A DNA stretch of 64,000 nucleotides from Candidatus Poribacteria bacterium (GTDB taxonomy: Bacteria > Poribacteria > WGA-4E > PCPOR2b), in the NCBI GenBank assembly GCA_965116925.1, contig OZ220744.1, forward strand, positions 4,352,001 to 4,416,000, in the 5' to 3' direction. This document shows, in pieces, positions 58,294 through 64,000 of the stretch (within the stretch, counting starts at the first letter, position 1; the number at the start of each line of letters is the position of its first letter). The notes below the pieces were generated by a model that worked only from the letters and a program-made list of their open reading frames with translations, made no database searches and was not told where the DNA came from. A program made the translations under genes and the position numbers.

Positions 58294-58402
58294 TAGGAGT
58301 TACGCACTTCAGATTGTAGTTGCCCGATTTATCGGGCGTTGGGAATAGTTGCCGGCGGCGATAAATCGCCGAACTACAAGGCGTTGAACGTTCAAAGTCT
58401 TA
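58294..58402. mobile_element. Inverted, partly degenerate copy of the TAGGA(C/G)TTACGCA MITE
   Basis: TAGGAGTTACGCACTTCAG is the exact reverse complement of 34083-34101; carries the same REP pair. Confidence 0.75.
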
Positions 58403-58449
58403 TGCTGCGTTGAACCGTCCCCCCTCTAACTCCTTCTCATTAGCCCTGC

Positions 58450-59598
58450 TCATTGACCAACCCGTCGCAACGGATAGAACAGACAGATAGATACCGCGAC
58501 AAGGATGCCTGCGGCAATCCAACAGGAGATTTGGAAGGTTTCAGGCGTGTACAGTTTCCCCGCAAAAGGAGGTCCCACGACCCGTCCAAGGCTGAGAAAA
58601 GCGTCCATCACGCCGATTGTGGCACCTTGACCGAACTTGGTTTGCTTAGAAATCCACGAGGCATTTGTTGGGCGGATAATCTGATTGCCAATTCCAGCAA
58701 TCGACAGATAAAGGGTGAGCATCACCAATGTTTTTGGCCAAGGGAGTAGTGCTAGTCCCACAGCGTTCAACATCAACCCGATGATAATCAGTTTGAACTC
58801 CCCACAAAAGTTAATCAGTTTTCCTAAAACACTGCCCTGCAGCAGGGCAATGAATGTTCCCATAATCACTAACATCACCCCTAGCTCTTTTGACCCGTAG
58901 TTCAGTCGATCTTTGATGGACAGTGGAAGAATTGTCTCCAATCCTGCAAAGATAAACGCTGAGAAAAAAGCAACGAGAAAGAGCGGTGTCAGTGGATGAT
59001 TCATTGCTGACCAAGGAGAGATAATTGCTTCCTGTGTATCGGGAAGTTCGGTAAGTTTGAGAGATTCTGGCAAAAGGGTCAGCGCGAAACAGAAAGTCGC
59101 CAAGGACAACCCACCGGCGAGGAAAAATGGTAGACTGTGGTTGCCGATAATTCCGCCGATACCGGGACCCGCAATAAAACCCAACCCCATCGCAGCACCC
59201 ATCAGCCCCATCCCCTTCCCCCGGTTCTCTTCTGTCGTGACATCCGCAACATAAGCCATTACCGTTGGTAGAATAGCTGCAGAAAATACGCCGGATAAAC
59301 CGCGCGCAATGAATAGCCAAGGCAAACTCCTCACTGCACCAAACAGAACTAGTGCCCCTGCGTTACCAACGAGCCCTATCAGGATTGCAGGTCTCCGGCC
59401 ATACTGATCTGAGAGACGGCCCCACATCGGCGCGAAAATTAATTTCATCGCTGAATAGATGCTTATCAAGAATCCGATCTGTGTAGCACTTGCACCCAAC
59501 TCCTCCGCATAATATGCTAGATGTGGGAGGATGACACCCAAGCTAAGCATGACCAGAAACATCGTCAGAAATAGAATTGTTAAGGCACTTTTCTTCAT
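58450..59598 (-). CDS. MFS transporter (DHA1/TetA-like)
   Basis: WGRLSDQYGRRP motif A, AYVADVT...RGKGMG, GFIAGPGIGG. Confidence 0.92.
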   Translation of the reverse strand: MKKSALTILFLTMFLVMLSLGVILPHLAYYAEELGASATQIGFLISIYSAMKLIFAPMWGRLSDQYGRRPAILIGLVGNAGALVLFGAVRSLPWLFIARGLSGVFSAAILPTVMAYVADVTTEENRGKGMGLMGAAMGLGFIAGPGIGGIIGNHSLPFFLAGGLSLATFCFALTLLPESLKLTELPDTQEAIISPWSAMNHPLTPLFLVAFFSAFIFAGLETILPLSIKDRLNYGSKELGVMLVIMGTFIALLQGSVLGKLINFCGEFKLIIIGLMLNAVGLALLPWPKTLVMLTLYLSIAGIGNQIIRPTNASWISKQTKFGQGATIGVMDAFLSLGRVVGPPFAGKLYTPETFQISCWIAAGILVAVSICLFYPLRRVGQ

Positions 59599-59641
59599 CC
59601 GCTATACCACTGTATAGGATATTGACAGGTCCTAACCAATA

Positions 59642-59742
59642 CGGGGAAACCAGATGCCCCGCCTACGATGGGTATGGAGCCTGAGCATGTCCCTCAACGC
59701 CCGATGAATCGGGCAACTACAATCTGAAGGGCGCGACTCCTA
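59642..59742. repeat. Right-half remnant of the 27859-type MITE
   Basis: AGATGCCCCGCCTACGATGGGT and CGCCCGATGAATCGGGCAACTACAA shared with 27859-28012. Confidence 0.7.
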
Positions 59743-59760
59743 AGGTGTTGGGAATTGCCG

Positions 59761-59789
59761 ATTGTAGAAGTTCGAGAAACGTATGTCAA
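59761..59789 (-). promoter_or_regulatory. Putative sigma70 promoter for the MFS gene
   Basis: Minus strand TTGACA-N17-TACAAT. Confidence 0.6.
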
Positions 59790-59857
59790 ATCCGATTGGA
59801 CTTTATTCTAGATCGTAGTGTACAATTAAACGTAAAACTTACCGTAAGGAGACAAAA

Positions 59858-61093
59858 ATGACTGTTAATCAATTAAAAGGCAAAACTGTTGGCGCAGCGG
59901 TTTCGGGTGGACTCGATAGCTGTACCATCACACGATGGCTAGTCGATAACGGGGTCAATGTGGTCTGCTTTACTGCTGATCTCGGACAACCCGATGAAAA
60001 GAACATGGACGAAATTTGCGAGCGAATGCTTGCATGTGGTGCCCAAGAGGCGGTTATCGTTGATGCGAAGGATGAACTGGCGATGGCGGGGCTCAAGGTC
60101 ATCCAATCCCAAGCGAAATATGAAGGGGGATATTGGAATACGACCGGTATCGCCCGGCATATCACTGTCGAGGCACTGTTGCCAGAAATGGAGAAGCGTG
60201 ACATCAATATATTGGGCCACGGCTGTACCGGTCGAGGCAACGATCAGGTGCGGTTTCAGATTGCGACCAATATGTTGAATCCCGATTTTGAGGTCTATGC
60301 CCCATGGCGCGATCCGGTGTTTCTTGAACAGTTTGGCGGCAGAAAAGAGATGATCGATTTCTGCAATGCACACAATTTACCAATCCGAGCGACCCATGAG
60401 AAACCGTACTCAACCGATGCGAACATGCTCGGTTTGACCCATGAAGCAGGCAGATTAGAATCCCTCAAAACACCTGCCGGCTTTATTACACCGGGTATGG
60501 GTGTCCACCCGATGGACGCTCCCGATGAAATTGAACACTTCACGGTCACCTTTGATAGAGGTATACCGCTGGAGGTCAACGGGAGTCCGGTAATTCCTTT
60601 CCAAGCCCTCGCAGAAGCCAATCGCATCGCCGGAAGAAACGGCGTTGGCATCGGGATTCACACCGTCGAAAATCGGTTCGTCGGGATTAAAAGCCGAGGG
60701 GTTTATGAATCGCCGGGGATGGAATTGCTCGGTCGGTGTTACGAGTTCCTACTTCAACTGATTTTGGATCGACGGGCGCGTCGGGTTTTCGATCGAGTAT
60801 CCGTTGATGTGGCTGAACAGATCTATCAAGGTTATTGGTTCGATACCGCTACCCAATCAATGCTCGCCTCCATTGAGCCCTTCACCCGCATGGCTTCTGG
60901 GGATATTACCGTTGCGCTGTATAAGGGAAATATCGCATTCCATTCTGCTGGCGGCGTGATTCACTCACTCTATTCGGAGGAGACCTCCTCAATGGAAGCA
61001 ATCGGCGACTTCAACCACGCGGATTCGGAGGGGTTCTTATCCGTTCTCGGCGTCAGTGCAAAGGCGTTATCTGCCGCGGGACAGACGAAGTAG
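59858..61093 (+). CDS. argG: Argininosuccinate synthase
   Basis: SGGLDS, ADLGQ, HGCTGRGNDQVRF, YSTDAN, VENRFVGIKSRGVYESPG. Confidence 0.96.
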   Translation: MTVNQLKGKTVGAAVSGGLDSCTITRWLVDNGVNVVCFTADLGQPDEKNMDEICERMLACGAQEAVIVDAKDELAMAGLKVIQSQAKYEGGYWNTTGIARHITVEALLPEMEKRDINILGHGCTGRGNDQVRFQIATNMLNPDFEVYAPWRDPVFLEQFGGRKEMIDFCNAHNLPIRATHEKPYSTDANMLGLTHEAGRLESLKTPAGFITPGMGVHPMDAPDEIEHFTVTFDRGIPLEVNGSPVIPFQALAEANRIAGRNGVGIGIHTVENRFVGIKSRGVYESPGMELLGRCYEFLLQLILDRRARRVFDRVSVDVAEQIYQGYWFDTATQSMLASIEPFTRMASGDITVALYKGNIAFHSAGGVIHSLYSEETSSMEAIGDFNHADSEGFLSVLGVSAKALSAAGQTK

Positions 61094-61213
61094 TATCAAG
61101 GGAGGGATAGTGCAGGTTCCCATCCCTCTCTTTCTTCTCTCAAATGTATCTCCACGACTTTCTTGCCGTTTTTACCCATTTTACCCGCAAATTTGTATAT
61201 ACCAAGAGACTAA

Positions 61214-61696
61214 ATGACAACTATTAGAACGAAAATCATTGACCTACTAGATGCACACAAAATCTCCTATCGACTGTTAAAGCACAGTGCACCTGTTTTC
61301 ACCGTCGAGGAAGCGGCAACCCAACGCGGCGTGTCCAAGGACGAGATGGTTAAATCTATCCTGCTCCGTGACAAAGATGAGCACTATGTCATGGCGTGCG
61401 TGCTGGGTTACGCACGCGTCAACCCGAAGGCTGTGCGTGCCTACGTTCCCCAAGCATGGAGACGCTTGAGTTTCGCTACAGCGGAAGAGATTCTGTCTGT
61501 GACCGGATGCGTCCAAGGTGCCGTTGCACCGTTAGGACTGCCTGATAGCGTGCTGGTCATTTTTGATGAAGCAATTACACAATGCCAAAAAGTCAATATC
61601 AGCAGCGGCGACCCCGCAGCAGGTCTGGAACTTAACACCCAAGATTTAATCAATGCTGCTGCCCCCCAAATTGCCGCTATTGCAGACAGCGAGTGA
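61214..61696 (+). CDS. YbaK/EbsC family aminoacyl-tRNA deacylase
   Basis: TVEEAA, MVKSILL, TGCVQGAVAPLG, FDE. Confidence 0.88.
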   Translation: MTTIRTKIIDLLDAHKISYRLLKHSAPVFTVEEAATQRGVSKDEMVKSILLRDKDEHYVMACVLGYARVNPKAVRAYVPQAWRRLSFATAEEILSVTGCVQGAVAPLGLPDSVLVIFDEAITQCQKVNISSGDPAAGLELNTQDLINAAAPQIAAIADSE

Positions 61697-61745
61697 AAAT
61701 CCGGACAGTCTAACAGAGGCACAATATTCTTAGAGCAACCCACCG

Positions 61746-62153
61746 CTACTCAACCGTAACTTTCACTTTCCGATCAGGTCTCTCGTGGAGATGCCCTCCT
61801 GTTCCGGGGAGTGCAATACCGAGACGCACGGATGGTTTGCCGCCCTTGGGAAAAATGTGATGGAAGGTCATTGCGGGTACATAAACAAAATCCCCAGCCT
61901 TTGCATGGACCGGTTTATCTTCTCGCCCTTCGATAACCCAGTCAATCTCCCCTTCAAGTACAATCCACCATTCGTCGTAGTTGTGGCAATGATTATCATT
62001 GATTTGACCTGAATTTTGATAAATCACTACCCCCGCTACATGGTCGGCGAGGACAACTGCATGGGACCAAGGGGGCGGTCCCATTTCCTTCTTAATCTCT
62101 TCGAGACTAATACTGTTAAGCGTTGCATCAAGAATTGGATTGTTCAGTGCCAT
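61746..62153 (-). CDS. Cupin domain protein
   Basis: HCHNYDEWWIVLEG and AGDFVYVPAMTFH; AAGGAG RBS before MALNN. Confidence 0.85.
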   Translation of the reverse strand: MALNNPILDATLNSISLEEIKKEMGPPPWSHAVVLADHVAGVVIYQNSGQINDNHCHNYDEWWIVLEGEIDWVIEGREDKPVHAKAGDFVYVPAMTFHHIFPKGGKPSVRLGIALPGTGGHLHERPDRKVKVTVE

Positions 62154-62376
62154 AGAGGTTCTCCTTAAATTGAAATGTTTGAAAAGGTCAACCGCCTTGT
62201 CACCTCTAACTTTGCGGCCACCTAGTGACAAATTGATTCATTTTATCAACAATGGTCTTCGTCTACATTTATGCGTCTAGTGCTGCAGTAAACGTGCGCT
62301 TCAGTGTAACACTAAGTTCCCGCTAAATCAAGCAAAAGTTTGGCTTGATTGCAGCTGTGAGCCTCCCCTTTTATCG

Positions 62377-62404
62377 TTGACAGCGGACTGTTAATGCGTA
62401 TAAT
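62377..62404 (+). promoter_or_regulatory. Consensus sigma70 promoter
   Basis: TTGACA-N16-TATAAT. Confidence 0.65.
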
Positions 62405-62463
62405 GAGGAAATCATCCACGATGACAAAAGCAAATTCTTTAATCAACAGAAGGAGATTAACAG

Positions 62464-63591
62464 ATGAAAATTGTTGATGTAGAAACATTCCTAGTTGAGA
62501 ACATTCCCCCTTATCAAGGCGGACGCCGCTGGCTGTTCGTGAAACTGATTACCGACGAAGGTATTGAGGGAATTGGAGAGTGGTCAACCGGTCAGACGGG
62601 CAGAGAGAAATCGTCGATTGAGGTCATCAAGGATTTGGCAACCCAGTTTGTCATTGGTGCCGACCCGTTCAAGATCGAGCTGTTGTGGCAAAAAATCTAT
62701 GCGACTGACCATGACTTTAGGCACCCTGGGTTGGCTCTGACGCCGGCGTTGAGTGCGATTGAGATGGCGTGCTGGGACATCGTTGGTAAAGCTTTGAACC
62801 AACCGGTCTATAATCTGCTCGGTGGCCAATACCATGAAAAGTTGAGAGCGTATGCTTACATGCCGCACGGGGGGATATGGGAGAACCCCGAGAAGGCGGG
62901 CGAAATTGCCGCCGACTTGATGGAGAAGGGTAACACCGCAATGAAGTTTGACCCATTCCCGATCTTTCCCGCACCACGCGATATTCAGTTGAAAGATATA
63001 GCGCGTGTGGGCGAAATCTTCAAGTGCATCCGGGATGCGGTCGGTTATGGGGTAGAAGTTGGACTTGGCACTCATGGACAATTGACGACTTCCAGTGCGA
63101 TTCGGATTGCACAGATGCTAGAGCCGTACTATCCCTTCTGGTTTGAGGAGCCGGTGTCGCTGGAAAATGTCGATGAGATGGCACGGGTGGCATCGCATAC
63201 CAGTATTCCGATTGCGACCGGTGAGCGTCTTTTGACCAAGTATGAGTTTGTCGAGGTTTTTCAGAAGCAGGCGGCGCAGATCATACAGTTAGATGTGGGG
63301 CACTGCGGAGGTATTTTGGAGTCTAAGAAGATTGCGAGCATGGCGGAGGCACACTATGCAAGCATCGCGCCTCACATGTACTGTGGTCCCGTCGCAGCCG
63401 CCGCCGCGGTTCAGGTCGCGACATGCAGTCCAAATTTCCTGATACTGGAGTTTAATCGGACAGATCTTCACGCCGACATATTTCAGGAGCCGCTCGTGTT
63501 TGACAACGGCTACATTGCCCCACCAACGGCACCGGGGCTAGGTGCTGAGCTAGATGAGGAGGTTCTCGCTCGGCAGATAGTTGAGGCTTGA
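62464..63591 (+). CDS. Mandelate racemase family enzyme (DgoD-like dehydratase)
   Basis: TDEGIEGIGE, EMACWDIVGK, KFDP, GTHGQ, WFEEP, ATGER, APHMY. Confidence 0.9.
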   Translation: MKIVDVETFLVENIPPYQGGRRWLFVKLITDEGIEGIGEWSTGQTGREKSSIEVIKDLATQFVIGADPFKIELLWQKIYATDHDFRHPGLALTPALSAIEMACWDIVGKALNQPVYNLLGGQYHEKLRAYAYMPHGGIWENPEKAGEIAADLMEKGNTAMKFDPFPIFPAPRDIQLKDIARVGEIFKCIRDAVGYGVEVGLGTHGQLTTSSAIRIAQMLEPYYPFWFEEPVSLENVDEMARVASHTSIPIATGERLLTKYEFVEVFQKQAAQIIQLDVGHCGGILESKKIASMAEAHYASIAPHMYCGPVAAAAAVQVATCSPNFLILEFNRTDLHADIFQEPLVFDNGYIAPPTAPGLGAELDEEVLARQIVEA

Positions 63592-63627
63592 TATGTCTGT
63601 CTGCGGAAGGGAGGTAAAGGAACTTCT

Positions 63628-64000
63628 ATGACAACTTTAGAAGCACTTTCGGAATCCGAGAAAAACCGTGTGCGGATTACAGATGTGAAAGCCATGCAGT
63701 TGAAAGACCAAGCGGGTCAATCCCTCGTAAAGGTTGAAACCGATGCCGACGTTTACGGCATCGGTGAGGCGGGGGCTTCTGGACCAATGGTAAGAGCACA
63801 TCTGCAACATCTGCGAGGGACGCTTATCGGTCAGGATGTGTTTGAAATTGATAAGTTGTACACCCACATGGTGAACATGCAGCATCCGTACAGATCAAAC
63901 ATCCCGACGGTTAGCGGTGTGGATATCGCACTCTGGGATGTAGTCGGTAAGTTATTGAATCGACCTGTCTCAACGTTGACTTCAGGCAGATTTAGAGACG
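63628..64000 (+). CDS. Mandelate racemase family enzyme, partial (runs off the window)
   Basis: ATG 63628: MTTLEALSESEKNRVRITDVK...VETDADVYGIGE...SGVDIALWDVVGK; absent from the ORF track because it has no stop in the window. Confidence 0.85.
   Translation, partial: MTTLEALSESEKNRVRITDVKAMQLKDQAGQSLVKVETDADVYGIGEAGASGPMVRAHLQHLRGTLIGQDVFEIDKLYTHMVNMQHPYRSNIPTVSGVDIALWDVVGKLLNRPVSTLTSGRFRD

Overview
64 kb of bacterial chromosome, mostly housekeeping and catabolic genes, with no rRNA, tRNA or CRISPR array seen. The many PhyH-type dioxygenases, mandelate-racemase-family enzymes and the extended ECF sigma factor suggest a diderm such as Candidatus Poribacteria (inference only). The left third (minus strand) is an envelope/repair cluster: mfd, three parvulin foldase genes and an LptD-like outer-membrane protein with about 400 aa of parvulin (SurA-like) domains inserted into its beta-barrel. 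Downstream of it are an intact ISAs1 element (17-bp TIRs, 9-bp target duplication) and a double-length UvrA. The remainder holds accD, arsM, an MNT-HEPN pair, a probable UGA-recoded ArsC-family selenoprotein truncated in the ORF track, a sigma/anti-sigma fusion, sugar-acid catabolism genes, GldF/GldG, a ChdC-like heme protein, coaD, an ftsB-like gene and argG. Intergenic DNA is rich in non-autonomous elements: TIR-bounded MITEs carrying GTAG-type REP palindromes, IS200/IS605 (TnpB) deletion derivatives, a 136-bp tandem structured repeat in a 5' leader, and 7/8-mer tandem repeats. Best novelty candidate: the LptD-parvulin fusion and its four-gene foldase cluster. All calls come from reading motifs by eye; no searches were run.
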